Assembly (NCBI GenBank): GCA_945892765.1
Contig: CAMDDQ010000003.1
Span: 1-63,179 of the forward strand
Reading direction: 5' to 3'
DNA from: Asaia bogorensis
GTDB lineage: Bacteria > Pseudomonadota > Alphaproteobacteria > CACIAM-22H2
Length of the DNA: 63,179 nucleotides
Shown here: piece by piece, positions 1 to 9,633 of the stretch
Layout of the letters: each line of letters opens with the position of its first letter
How positions within the stretch are numbered: position 1 is the first letter of the stretch
The notes under the pieces: model-generated
The model's database searches: none
Told to the model about the DNA's origin: nothing
The model's input: the letters and a program-made list of their open reading frames with translations, nothing else
Position numbers and translations under genes: made by a program

Positions 1-1066
1 CTCCATGTGGGCGAGGCCTATATGGACGGACATCTCACGGTTGAGCACGGCAGCCTTTACGACTTCGTCGATCTGATCATGTCCAATCTCGCTGCGGTGC
101 AGGCGCCATGGGCCATGCGGCTCTACCGGGACTTCGGACCATGCGTTCCGGGTATTTCAGCAATACAATCCCGCCGCCAGGGCCCGCGCAAACGCCGCGC
201 ACCACTACGATCTGTCCGGCAAACTTTACGACCTGTTCCTTGACGCCGATCGTCAGTATTCCTGCGCCTATTTCATCTCTGCAAGTGACAGCCTTGAGGT
301 TGCCCAAGCAAACAAGAAGCGACACATCGCGGCCAAGCTGGCGCTGCGACCGCGGCTAAGGGTTCTCGATATCGGCTCCGGTTGGGGCGGGTTGAGCCTA
401 TATCTGGCGCGGGAAGCGAACGTGGAGGTCACCGGCATCACGCTTTCCAGCGAACAGGAGGCCGAGTCGAATCGCTGCGCCCGTGAAGCGGGCATGGGAA
501 ATCAGGTGCGTTTCCATCTTCGGGACTATCGAGAGCAGACGGGCACGTTCGACCGAATCGTTTCTGTCGGCATGTTCGAACATGTTGGCGTCGCTCATTA
601 TGCCGAATTCTTTGCCAAGATCCGCGAAATGCTGACCGAGGACGGCATCGCGCTCTTGCATTCGATCGGTCGCAGCGACGGACCGGGGTTCACCAATCCT
701 TGGATTCGCAAGTACATCTTCCCGGGCGGCTATTCGCCCGCGCTATCCGAAGTGACGGCGGCCGTGGAGCGGTCCGGGCTGTTCATGACCGACATCGAAA
801 TTCTACGCTTTCACTATGCCGAGACTCTCCGGGAATGGCGGCGGCGATTCGCCGCCAGGCGCAACGAGGCGCGCAAGCTCTATGACGAACGATTTTGCCG
901 CATGTGGGAACTTTACCTGACCGGAAGCGAGCTTGCCTTCCGGCGGCAGGGGCAAATGGTCTTCCAGATGCAGCTCGCGCGGCGGCAGGACACCGCTCCT
1001 CTGACCCGAGACTACATCGTCGATTGGGAGCGCACTCAAACATCCGCCGCTAACCTCGCGGCGTGA
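1..1066 (+). CDS. cfa: cyclopropane-fatty-acyl-phospholipid synthase family SAM-dependent methyltransferase (5' end outside window; reading frame appears broken near nt 120-160)
   Basis: Frame 2 from nt 77 reads ..NAAHHYDLSGKLYDLFLDADRQYSCAYF..VLDIGSGWGGLSLYLA..FDRIVSVGMFEHVG..WIRKYIFPGGYSPAL, typical CFA synthase motifs. The preceding conserved GEAYMDG..LYDFVDL segment is in frame 1. Frame 2 has TGA at 74-76 and frame 1 has TGA at 241-243. Confidence 0.8.
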
Positions 1067-1142
1067 ACTATCCCCATGTTTCACTCTATGCACCGATAGC
1101 TTGTCACAACGCCTCGGGCGCGATCCTGCTAATGTTCGAATC

Positions 1143-2675
1143 ATGGAGACTGCATCAAAAAGTGTGATTCTTTCCGTCGCCCGTCGCAACGACGACGTAA
1201 CGACCGAACGCCTTCCTCCCCACAACGCCGAAGCGGAAATGGCTCTTCTCGGGGCCATCCTTTCAAACAATCGTGCGTTCGAGAAGGTCGCGGAATTCCT
1301 GCGGCCCGAGCATTTCGCCGATGACGCCCATCGGCGCGTGTTCGAGGCCATCGCCCGCATCATCGACCGTGGCCAGATCGCCAACCCGATCACGCTCAAG
1401 ACCTATCTCGATCAGGATGGCGCTCTCAACGCGATCGGCGGCCTGCAATATGTCGCCCGGCTGGCGGCTGCGGTTCCCAGTATCATCAACACCGAGAATT
1501 ACGGCCGGCTGGTCCATGATCTCTACCTGCGGCGGGAACTGATCGCGCTGGGCGAGGACCTCGTCAACCGGGCCTACGCGCCGGATTCAGACAGCCGCGC
1601 GATCGATCAGATCGAAATGGCCGAGCAGCTGCTTTACGATCTGGCCTCCACCGGACAATTTGAAGGCGGTTTCCAGGATTTTTCACGGGCACTCGCGGCC
1701 GCCATCACCATCGCCGAGGCCGCTTACAAGCGCGATAGCCACGTCACCGGAGTCTCGACCGGACTCGTCGATCTCGACAAGAAGCTTGGTGGTCTTCATC
1801 CTTCCGATTTGATCGTCTTGGCCGGACGGCCATCGATGGGCAAGACCGCTCTGGCGACAAAGATCGCCTTCAAGGCTGCCTGCGCGTATCGCGAGACACC
1901 CGACGGTGCCGGTGGCATCAAGGTCGTCGACGGCGCCAAGGTCGCCTTCTTTTCATTGGAAATGTCGGCCGAACAGCTTGCCACCCGCCTTTTGGCCGAG
2001 GAAACTCAGGTTCCTTCCGACAAGATACGGCGCGGAGAGGTACGCAAGGAAGATTTCCCCCGCTTCATCGAAGCCAGCCAACAATTGGCGCGAATCCCGC
2101 TCTATATCGATGACACGCCGGCCCTGACGATTTCCGCGGTACGCACACGTGCGCGCCGTTTGAAACGCCAACATGGTCTCGGCTTGATCGTCATCGACTA
2201 TTTGCAGCTCTTGCGACCGTCGCACGGTTCGAAGCCTGAAAACCGAGTCCAGGAAGTGTCCGACATCACGCGCGGATTGAAGGCGTTGGCCAAGGAACTC
2301 CACGTCCCCGTCGTCGCCCTTTCCCAGCTTTCGCGTGCTGTCGAACAACGCGAAGACAAACGGCCTCAGCTCGCCGATTTGCGCGAATCGGGCACCATTG
2401 AGCAAGACGCCGATGTCGTGATGTTCGTCTATCGGGAGCAATATTATCACGAGCGGGCCGAGCCGACCCGCCGGCCAGACGAAAACGACGATCGTTTCAA
2501 CGATCGCATTGAAAAATGGGCGGAGCGCGGCGAGAAAATCCGTAACATCGCCGAAGTGATCATCGCCAAACAGCGTCATGGTCCGATTGGAGCGGTGAAG
2601 CTGTTGTTCGACGGTACATTCACGAAATTTGACAACCTAGCGACGCCGATGCAGGGAGATGATGCTCCCTTCTGA
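1143..2675 (+). CDS. dnaB: replicative DNA helicase DnaB
   Basis: N-terminal PHNAEAEMALLGAIL motif, Walker A GRPSMGKTALA, and IVIDYLQLL, SQLSRAVEQR and IIAKQRHGP motifs. ATG at 1143 is in frame with the ORF that opens at 1101. Confidence 0.95.
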   Translation: METASKSVILSVARRNDDVTTERLPPHNAEAEMALLGAILSNNRAFEKVAEFLRPEHFADDAHRRVFEAIARIIDRGQIANPITLKTYLDQDGALNAIGGLQYVARLAAAVPSIINTENYGRLVHDLYLRRELIALGEDLVNRAYAPDSDSRAIDQIEMAEQLLYDLASTGQFEGGFQDFSRALAAAITIAEAAYKRDSHVTGVSTGLVDLDKKLGGLHPSDLIVLAGRPSMGKTALATKIAFKAACAYRETPDGAGGIKVVDGAKVAFFSLEMSAEQLATRLLAEETQVPSDKIRRGEVRKEDFPRFIEASQQLARIPLYIDDTPALTISAVRTRARRLKRQHGLGLIVIDYLQLLRPSHGSKPENRVQEVSDITRGLKALAKELHVPVVALSQLSRAVEQREDKRPQLADLRESGTIEQDADVVMFVYREQYYHERAEPTRRPDENDDRFNDRIEKWAERGEKIRNIAEVIIAKQRHGPIGAVKLLFDGTFTKFDNLATPMQGDDAPF

Positions 2676-3753
2676 GGCCACGCGGTCCGTCCTCCATATC
2701 GATCTCGACGCGCTTGTCGCCAATTATCGCCTGCTGGTAAGCCGCCTTTCCGGCGCGCGTTGCGGCGCGGTTGTGAAGGCAGATGCTTATGGGCTCGGTG
2801 CCGAAAAAATTGCGGTTGCCCTAGCCGGCGCCGGTTGCGAAGATTTCTTCGTCGCGTCGGTCGATGAGGGAATCGAGCTTCGCCAATATCTGCCGGCTAG
2901 GCGAATATTCGTGTTGGACGGCGTCGGCTCCGACGATGCCGCGGAGGCGGCGGCGCACGGGCTTATTCCCGTTCTCAACCATCGCGGTCAGATTGAGGCT
3001 TGGATGCGGGCCACGGCGGCAAAGCCGTCGCCAAGCGCCATCCATGTCGATACCGGGATGACGAGGCTGGGCCTGTCGGCGGCTGATATAGAACCGATGA
3101 TTGCGTCCGGTGCTTTCGAGCGCGTTGGCCCCCAACTCCTGATTAGCCACCTGGCTTGTTCAGAGGACGCCGCTCATTCGATGAACCAAACCCAACGGTT
3201 GGCGTTTGTGCGGGTGCTCGACCGGCTGGCGCCGGTTCAAGCGAGCCTCGCCAACTCGTCCGGCATCTTCCTGGGCGGCGATTTTCATTTCGATCTCGTC
3301 AGACCCGGGGCGGCACTTTATGGTATTAACCCGACCCCAAATGCACCCAACCCCATGCGTCAAGTTATTCAATTAAAAGGAAAAATCGTCCAAGTCCGTG
3401 ACATTGACAGCCCCCGGACCGTTGGTTATGGTGCAACCCATCGCCTAAACGGTACCGCCCGCATCGCCACGATTTCGGTTGGCTACGCCGACGGTTATTT
3501 CCGTGCCCTTAGCAATCAAGGCAGCGGCCATATTGGCAATGTTCGGGTACCGGTTGTCGGGCGCATTTCGATGGATCTGACAACCCTCGATGTCACGGCG
3601 GCCCCGCTCGCGGCCTGCCAACCCGGAGAATTCGTCGACCTGATCGGCCCGCACAATCCGGTCGACGACGTCGCCGCCAAAGCCGGCACGATCGCCTATG
3701 AATTGCTGACCCGCCTTGGCCCGCGTTTGGCGCGCGTCTACGAGGGCGGCTGA
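2659..3753 (+). CDS. alr: alanine racemase
   Basis: PLP-lysine motif VVKADAYGLG and C-terminal VGYADGY..VVGRISMD. Length 364 aa. Overlaps the dnaB stop. Confidence 0.9.
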   Translation: MMLPSEATRSVLHIDLDALVANYRLLVSRLSGARCGAVVKADAYGLGAEKIAVALAGAGCEDFFVASVDEGIELRQYLPARRIFVLDGVGSDDAAEAAAHGLIPVLNHRGQIEAWMRATAAKPSPSAIHVDTGMTRLGLSAADIEPMIASGAFERVGPQLLISHLACSEDAAHSMNQTQRLAFVRVLDRLAPVQASLANSSGIFLGGDFHFDLVRPGAALYGINPTPNAPNPMRQVIQLKGKIVQVRDIDSPRTVGYGATHRLNGTARIATISVGYADGYFRALSNQGSGHIGNVRVPVVGRISMDLTTLDVTAAPLAACQPGEFVDLIGPHNPVDDVAAKAGTIAYELLTRLGPRLARVYEGG

Positions 3754-3757
3754 AAAC

Positions 3758-4531
3758 ATGGGTTTTCTCGCGGCGGTCGGCCGTATCTTCCTGCATTTTC
3801 TCCAAGCCATCGGGCGGGTCACGCAGTTCACCGGCACCGCCCTCTTCCACTGCGCCGCCCCCCCGTACTACCTGGCCCATGTTGGCCGGCAGATGCTGGA
3901 GATCGGCTATTTCTCCCTTCCCGTCGTCGGGCTGACCGCGCTGTTCACGGGCATGGTGCTCGCTCTGCAGAGCTACACCGGTTTCGCGCGATTTTCGGCC
4001 GAGGGCGCGGTGGCGACGGTCGTCGTGCTGTCGGTGACCCGTGAACTGGGTCCGGTCATCGCGGGATTGATGGTTGCCGGCCGCATCGGTGCGTCGATGG
4101 CGGCGGAAATCGGTACTATGCGCGTGACCGAGCAGATCGATGCACTCTCCACGCTGTCAACCGATCCGTTCAAATATCTGGTCGCACCCCGGTTGATCGC
4201 TGGGCTTACCATGCTCCCCCTGCTTGTCCTCGTCGCCGACATCATCGGCGTTTTCGGCGGCTATCTAGTGGGCGTCTACAAACTCGGCTTCAATCCGGCG
4301 ACCTATCTGAAGCGCACTGAAGAGTTTCTAGAGGCGATGGACGTGATCTCGGGCCTGGTCAAGGCCGGCGTCTTCGGCTTCATCATCTCGCTCATGGGCT
4401 GCTACCACGGCTATCATTCGCGTGGCGGCGCTCAGGGAGTCGGCGCCGCCACGACCGACGCGGTGGTCTCCGCATCGATTCTTATCCTTGTTTTCAACTA
4501 TGCGATCACCGAAATCTTCTTTGCGAAATGA
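3758..4531 (+). CDS. MlaE-family ABC transporter permease
   Basis: Multi-pass hydrophobic protein with the RELGPVIAGLMVAGRIGASMAAEIGTMRVTEQIDAL signature of MlaE/Ttg2B permeases. ATG at 3758 follows the alr stop. Confidence 0.85.
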   Translation: MGFLAAVGRIFLHFLQAIGRVTQFTGTALFHCAAPPYYLAHVGRQMLEIGYFSLPVVGLTALFTGMVLALQSYTGFARFSAEGAVATVVVLSVTRELGPVIAGLMVAGRIGASMAAEIGTMRVTEQIDALSTLSTDPFKYLVAPRLIAGLTMLPLLVLVADIIGVFGGYLVGVYKLGFNPATYLKRTEEFLEAMDVISGLVKAGVFGFIISLMGCYHGYHSRGGAQGVGAATTDAVVSASILILVFNYAITEIFFAK

Positions 4532-5304
4532 CAGAGAACCGCCCGAAGATTCGCATTCGCGGACTGGTCAAACGATTCGGCAAGAAAGTCGTGCTGAACG
4601 GTGTCGACCTCGACATCGGCTATCGCGAATCGGTCGTCATCATCGGCGGATCGGGCACGGGGAAATCGGTGATGCTGAAATGCATCCTGGGTTTGCTCGC
4701 GCCGGATGCGGGAAGCATCCAGGTCGATGGCGAGGAAGTCGTCGGCGCCCGGCGCGCGGTGCGAGAACGGGTAAGTCGAAAGATCGGTATGCTGTTTCAG
4801 GGAGCCGCCCTGTTCGACAGCCTTAGCGTCTGGGAAAATGTCGCTTTTGGGCTGATTCAGGCCGAAGGCATGGGCCGCGCCCAGGCACGCAAGATCGCGG
4901 AAGAGAAGCTGGCCGCGGTTGGATTGGGGAAAGAAGTTGCCGTTCTCTCGCCGGCGGAGCTTTCCGGCGGCATGAAGAAGCGCGTCGGGCTGGCCCGCGC
5001 CATCGCCACGAATCCGGAAGTCATTTTCTTCGACGAACCAACGACCGGATTGGACCCCATCATGAGCGACGCGATCAACGACCTGGCGGTGAAGAGCGTC
5101 AAGGAACTTGGCGCCACGGCTCTGTCGATTACCCATGACATGGCTTCGGCGCGCAAGATCGCCCATCGCATCGCCATGCTCCATGCCGGGCGCATCATCT
5201 GGGCCGGACCGGTCGCGGCGATCGATCATGTCGACAACGCCTATGTGGATCAGTTCATCCACGGCCGCGCCGAAGGGCCCATCAAGATGGAAGTGCGCGC
5301 CTGA
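4528..5304 (+). CDS. ABC transporter ATP-binding protein (MlaF-like)
   Basis: Walker A GGSGTGKS, signature LSGGMKKRVGLARA, Walker B IFFDEPTTGLD. Start overlaps the permease stop. No MCE/MlaD gene follows. Confidence 0.9.
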   Translation: MTENRPKIRIRGLVKRFGKKVVLNGVDLDIGYRESVVIIGGSGTGKSVMLKCILGLLAPDAGSIQVDGEEVVGARRAVRERVSRKIGMLFQGAALFDSLSVWENVAFGLIQAEGMGRAQARKIAEEKLAAVGLGKEVAVLSPAELSGGMKKRVGLARAIATNPEVIFFDEPTTGLDPIMSDAINDLAVKSVKELGATALSITHDMASARKIAHRIAMLHAGRIIWAGPVAAIDHVDNAYVDQFIHGRAEGPIKMEVRA

Positions 5305-6740
5305 TGCCGCGCGCCCAACCCCTGTTCGTTTGTCAGGAATGTGGGGCGAGCCACCGAAAATGGAGCGGCAAATGCGACGCCTGCGACGCCTGGAATAGCA
5401 TTGTCGAGGAGACTTCCCGCGAAACAATACCCCGAGGAATGTCAACGGGCGGGGGGCGCCCGCTCGTTTTTTCCGGATTGGCCGACGCCGTGGAAACACC
5501 TGCGCGCCGCGTCACCGGGAACGCCGAATTCGACCGTGTCTGCGGCGGCGGCTTGGTCCCCGGATCGGCCGTGTTGATCGCCGGAGACCCGGGAATCGGC
5601 AAATCGACGTTGTTGTTGCAGGTCGCGGCGGGTCTGGCTGGAAATGGAAATACGCCTGGGATTCGCACCGCCTATGTTTCCGGGGAAGAAGCGATCGATC
5701 AGGTTCGCCTGCGCGCCGCTCGTTTGGGGCTGGTCGGATCGCGGATCGAGCTGGCGTCGGCCACCAGCCTGCGCGACATTTTGGCAAGCTTTGACTCGGC
5801 GGATAGTCCCGATGCCCTTGTCATCGATTCGATCCAAACGATGTATATCGACAATTTGGATACCGCCCCCGGCACGGTCGGCCAGGTGCGCGCATGTGCA
5901 CAAGAGCTCATTCGGGTTGCCAAGCGGCGCGGCGCGATCGTCTTTATTGTTGGCCATGTTACCAAGGAAGGCACGATCGCCGGCCCGCGCGTGCTCGAAC
6001 ACATGGTCGATACCGTGCTGTATTTCGAGGGCGATCGGGGACACCAGTTCCGCATCCTGCGCGGCGTCAAGAACCGCTTCGGGCCGACCGACGAGATCGG
6101 CGTCTTTCAGATGACCGGGCGCGGCCTGCTGGAGGTCGCCAATCCATCGGCTCTATTTCTTGCCGAACGTAGCCGCGAATCGAGCGGCAGTGTCGTTTTC
6201 GCCGGTATGGAGGGCACGCGGCCGGTCCTCGTTGAAATCCAAGCCCTCACCGCGCCCGCCGGCTATGGCACCGCGCGACGGGCGGTCGTGGGCTGGGACT
6301 CGGCGCGGCTCGCCATGATTCTGGCCGTGATTGAAACCCGCTGTGGCCTCGCCTTTGGCGGTCGTGACGTATTTCTGAACGTCGCGGGCGGGCTGCGTAT
6401 CGCCGAACCGGCGGCAGACCTCGCCGTCGCGGCGGCCCTGATTTCGTCGCTGCTCGATCGGGCGGTTGCCGCGGATACGGTCGCTTTCGGAGAAATCGGG
6501 TTGTCCGGCGAGGTCCGCGCCGTGGGGCAAACGGAGCCGCGACTCAAGGAAGCCGCGAAGCTCGGTTTCACGCGCGCCCTGATTCCGGCTCGGCGGCACG
6601 ATCAAGGCGCCGAATTGGGCGGAGCCATATCCATGCGCGGACTCAGGGACCTCAACGATCTGATCCGCGTGTTGGACCCAACCCCGCCTCGTCGCGCGGC
6701 ACGATCTGCACCCGAACCCGCACCGGCGCGTGAATCATGA
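5304..6740 (+). CDS. radA: DNA repair protein RadA/Sms
   Basis: N-terminal zinc finger CQECG..KWSGKCDACDAWN, Walker A GDPGIGKST, KNRFG motif, Lon-like C-terminal domain. Confidence 0.95.
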   Translation: MPRAQPLFVCQECGASHRKWSGKCDACDAWNSIVEETSRETIPRGMSTGGGRPLVFSGLADAVETPARRVTGNAEFDRVCGGGLVPGSAVLIAGDPGIGKSTLLLQVAAGLAGNGNTPGIRTAYVSGEEAIDQVRLRAARLGLVGSRIELASATSLRDILASFDSADSPDALVIDSIQTMYIDNLDTAPGTVGQVRACAQELIRVAKRRGAIVFIVGHVTKEGTIAGPRVLEHMVDTVLYFEGDRGHQFRILRGVKNRFGPTDEIGVFQMTGRGLLEVANPSALFLAERSRESSGSVVFAGMEGTRPVLVEIQALTAPAGYGTARRAVVGWDSARLAMILAVIETRCGLAFGGRDVFLNVAGGLRIAEPAADLAVAAALISSLLDRAVAADTVAFGEIGLSGEVRAVGQTEPRLKEAAKLGFTRALIPARRHDQGAELGGAISMRGLRDLNDLIRVLDPTPPRRAARSAPEPAPARES

Positions 6741-7411
6741 GCGGCATTGCCATCAACCTGACCGACTTCGGCGTTGTCGCCATTATCCTGATATCGGGGT
6801 TGCTTGCCCTGGTACGGGGTCTGGTGACCGAGGTCTTTTCGGTGGCGGGTTGGGTGGGTGCCGCGCTCACCACACTGCATGGCTTTCCGCGTGCTCGTCC
6901 AGAAGCCAGGGCATGGATCGAAAATGCCCTGCTTGCCGATATCGTCACCGGAGCCACGATTTTTCTGGTCACGCTGGTGGTCCTTTCTCTCATCAGCCAA
7001 GCACTTGCCCGGCGGGTCCGCGACAGCCGTTTGAGCGCACTTGACCGCAGCCTTGGCTTTGTCTTCGGGCTGGCGCGCGGCGCCGTGCTGGTCTGTCTGG
7101 CCTATCTTGGGATCGTCTTGGTGACCCCGCAGGACGAATATCCGCATTGGCTCGTCGGCGCCCGTTCGGCCCGGCTTATCGAAAGCGGCGCTGAAATGCT
7201 CATGACGCTGGTGCCGCGCGAGTTCCGCAGCGGCACCGCCGCGGCAGGCGGGGCGGTCTCCGCGGGCGGCGGCGACGAAAGGGCGTTCAATAGCCTTGCC
7301 AATCCCTTGCCGAAAGGACCTGCGGCGCGTGACGATCCGGGATATAAGGTTGAAGAGCGCAAGGGATTGGACCGTCTAATCCAGACGCTGCCCGGCAAAC
7401 CGGACGGTTGA
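6737..7411 (+). CDS. cvpA: CvpA family protein
   Basis: Small membrane protein with several TM helices, in the conserved position immediately upstream of purF. Confidence 0.75.
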   Translation: MSGIAINLTDFGVVAIILISGLLALVRGLVTEVFSVAGWVGAALTTLHGFPRARPEARAWIENALLADIVTGATIFLVTLVVLSLISQALARRVRDSRLSALDRSLGFVFGLARGAVLVCLAYLGIVLVTPQDEYPHWLVGARSARLIESGAEMLMTLVPREFRSGTAAAGGAVSAGGGDERAFNSLANPLPKGPAARDDPGYKVEERKGLDRLIQTLPGKPDG

Positions 7412-7421
7412 AACGAGGGCG

Positions 7422-8879
7422 ATGTCGATGCTCACAACCCATCCCTTCGATGACGACAAACTACGCGAGGAATGCGGCCTGTTTGGCATCCACGGTGCCA
7501 AGGATGCTGCAGCCCATACCGCACTTGGCCTGCACGCGCTTCAGCACCGCGGACAAGAGGCCGCGGGGATCGTCACTTATGACGGCGCCCGTTTCCACAG
7601 CCATCGTGGATTGGGACATGTCGCGGACAACTTCGGAACCGAGTCGATCATGGCCAAGCTGCCGGGTCACGCGTCGATCGGTCATGTCCGTTATTCGACC
7701 ACCGGCGAAACTGTCCTGCGCAATGTCCAGCCGCTTTTCGCCGAATTCAACGAGGGCGGCTTCGCCATCGCCCATAACGGCAACCTGACCAACGCAGCCA
7801 CCGTGCGGCGGCGGCTGGTCAAGCAGGGCTGCCTGTTCCAATCGACGACCGACACCGAGGTCATTAACCATTTGATGGCGATCGGACCGGAAAGCAACGT
7901 CGTCGATCGCCTGGTTGGCGCTCTGCGCCAGGTTGAAGGCGCCTATTCCCTGGTCGCGCTCGCCAACGACATGGTTATCGGCGTTCGGGATCCCTTGGGC
8001 GTACGTCCACTTGTCATCGGGCGCCTGGAAGATGCAACGGTTCTCACGTCTGAGACCTGCGCCCTCGACATCATCGGCGCCACCCAAATTCGCGATGTCG
8101 AACCCGGCGAGATGGTCGTGCTCGATCGCAGCGGTATGCGAAGCATCCGCGCCCTGCCGTCGACGTCGCAACGTTCTTGCGTGTTCGAGTTCATCTATTT
8201 CTCGCGGCCCGACAGCGTTGTGGGCGGCATCAGCGTCTATGAGACACGCAAACGCATCGGCGCCGAAATCGCGCGCGAGAGCCCGGTCGATGCCGACATG
8301 GTCATTCCGGTTCCCGATTCCGGGGTGCCCGCGGCGATCGGTTATGCCGAGGAGTCCAAGATTCCGTTCGAACTCGGCATCATCCGCAACCACTATGTCG
8401 GTCGCACATTTATCGAGCCGAACGACCACATCCGCCACCTCGGTGTCAGACTAAAACACAATGCCAATCGCGCCCAAATCGTGGGCAAACGTGTCATCCT
8501 CGTCGACGACAGCATCGTACGCGGCACGACATCGAAGAAGATCGTTGAAATGGTTCGTCAGGCCGGCGCACGCGAAGTTCACATGCGCGTGTCGAGTCCG
8601 CCCACGACCCATTCGTGTTTCTATGGCATCGACACGCCGCGGCGCGAAAAGCTTCTCGCGTTTCACTACGACCTCGCCGATATGGCGCGTTTCATTGGCG
8701 TCGATAGCTTGGCTTTTGTGTCGATCGACGGCCTCTATCGTGCGATGGGAGCGACGGGCCGCAATTCCGCGGCGCCCCAATATTGCGACGCGTGCTTCAC
8801 CGGTGACTACCCGACGCCCCTGACCGATCATGACGGCGATGGCGGCCCCACCCAGCTCTCACTTTTGGAAGTCGCGTGA
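7422..8879 (+). CDS. purF: amidophosphoribosyltransferase
   Basis: N-terminal ECGLFGI (Ntn Cys), GHVRYSTTG, PRTase motif ILVDDSIVRGTT, Fe-S cysteines near the C-terminus. Confidence 0.95.
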   Translation: MSMLTTHPFDDDKLREECGLFGIHGAKDAAAHTALGLHALQHRGQEAAGIVTYDGARFHSHRGLGHVADNFGTESIMAKLPGHASIGHVRYSTTGETVLRNVQPLFAEFNEGGFAIAHNGNLTNAATVRRRLVKQGCLFQSTTDTEVINHLMAIGPESNVVDRLVGALRQVEGAYSLVALANDMVIGVRDPLGVRPLVIGRLEDATVLTSETCALDIIGATQIRDVEPGEMVVLDRSGMRSIRALPSTSQRSCVFEFIYFSRPDSVVGGISVYETRKRIGAEIARESPVDADMVIPVPDSGVPAAIGYAEESKIPFELGIIRNHYVGRTFIEPNDHIRHLGVRLKHNANRAQIVGKRVILVDDSIVRGTTSKKIVEMVRQAGAREVHMRVSSPPTTHSCFYGIDTPRREKLLAFHYDLADMARFIGVDSLAFVSIDGLYRAMGATGRNSAAPQYCDACFTGDYPTPLTDHDGDGGPTQLSLLEVA

Positions 8880-8907
8880 TCCTGCGCGAAGCCGGTTCGC
8901 TGCGACC

Positions 8908-9633
8908 GTGACCGTCGACGCGAGGCCCTCGGGCCGACTCGTTGGCCGCGTCGCCCTCATTACCGGCGCCTCCCGCGGCATAGGCGCGGCGGTCGCCGTT
9001 CGCTTCGCCCGTGAGGGAGCACACTGCGTGCTCGTCGCGCGCACAGTCGGTGGCCTCGAGGAGACCGATGACCGCGTTCGCAGCGCCGGCGGGACCGCCA
9101 CGCTTGTGCCATTCGACCTAGCCGAACCCGACCGTATCGAACAGTTGGCGCCGGCATTGGCCGAGCGTTTTCGGCGCGTCGATGTCATCGTCGGTAACGC
9201 TGGTGTTCTCGGCGTCCTCGGCCCCGTGGCGGATCAGGATATTGAAACCTGGCAGAGGGTGATGGACGTCAACCTCACGGCAAATTGGCGGTTGATTCGG
9301 TCGTTCGATCGGGCCTTGCGTGCCTCGGACGCCGGCCGCGCCATTTTTGTCACTTCCGGCGCGGCGGAGACGGTGTTTCCGTATTGGGGTGCGTACGCTG
9401 CCAGCAAGGCCGCATTAGAGATGATGGCAAAGGTCTATGCTGGCGAAGTTGCGCGCACCCGTGTGCGCGTCAATTTGATCGACCCCGGGGGCGTGCGCAC
9501 GGCGATGCGCGCGCATGCCTTCCCGGGCGAGGACCCGACCAGACATCCCCCGCCGGAAAACGTCGCCGGCCTGTTCGTCGATTTGGCCGCGCCCGACTGC
9601 ACGCGCCACGGCACGGTATTGCGCGCCTATTGA
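8908..9633 (+). CDS. SDR family oxidoreductase
   Basis: TGASRGIG cofactor motif and YxxxK (YAASKAALE). GTG at 8908 is in frame with the longer ORF from 8830, which would overlap purF. Start is uncertain. Confidence 0.8.
   Translation: MTVDARPSGRLVGRVALITGASRGIGAAVAVRFAREGAHCVLVARTVGGLEETDDRVRSAGGTATLVPFDLAEPDRIEQLAPALAERFRRVDVIVGNAGVLGVLGPVADQDIETWQRVMDVNLTANWRLIRSFDRALRASDAGRAIFVTSGAAETVFPYWGAYAASKAALEMMAKVYAGEVARTRVRVNLIDPGGVRTAMRAHAFPGEDPTRHPPPENVAGLFVDLAAPDCTRHGTVLRAY

Noticed and set aside
4498-5499. Long antisense or out-of-frame ORFs opposite well-supported genes. Examples: 4498-5499(-), 7461-8438(-), 16761-17849(-), 19262-20317(-), 33297-34826(-), 35156-36118(+), 37694-38713(-), 38707-39813(-), 40305-41627(+), 49939-51579(+), 54507-55592(+).
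   Set aside because: They are typical high-GC shadow frames. They are Arg/Gly/Pro/Ala-rich, show no recognisable motifs, and each fully overlaps a gene with strong family signatures on the other strand or frame.
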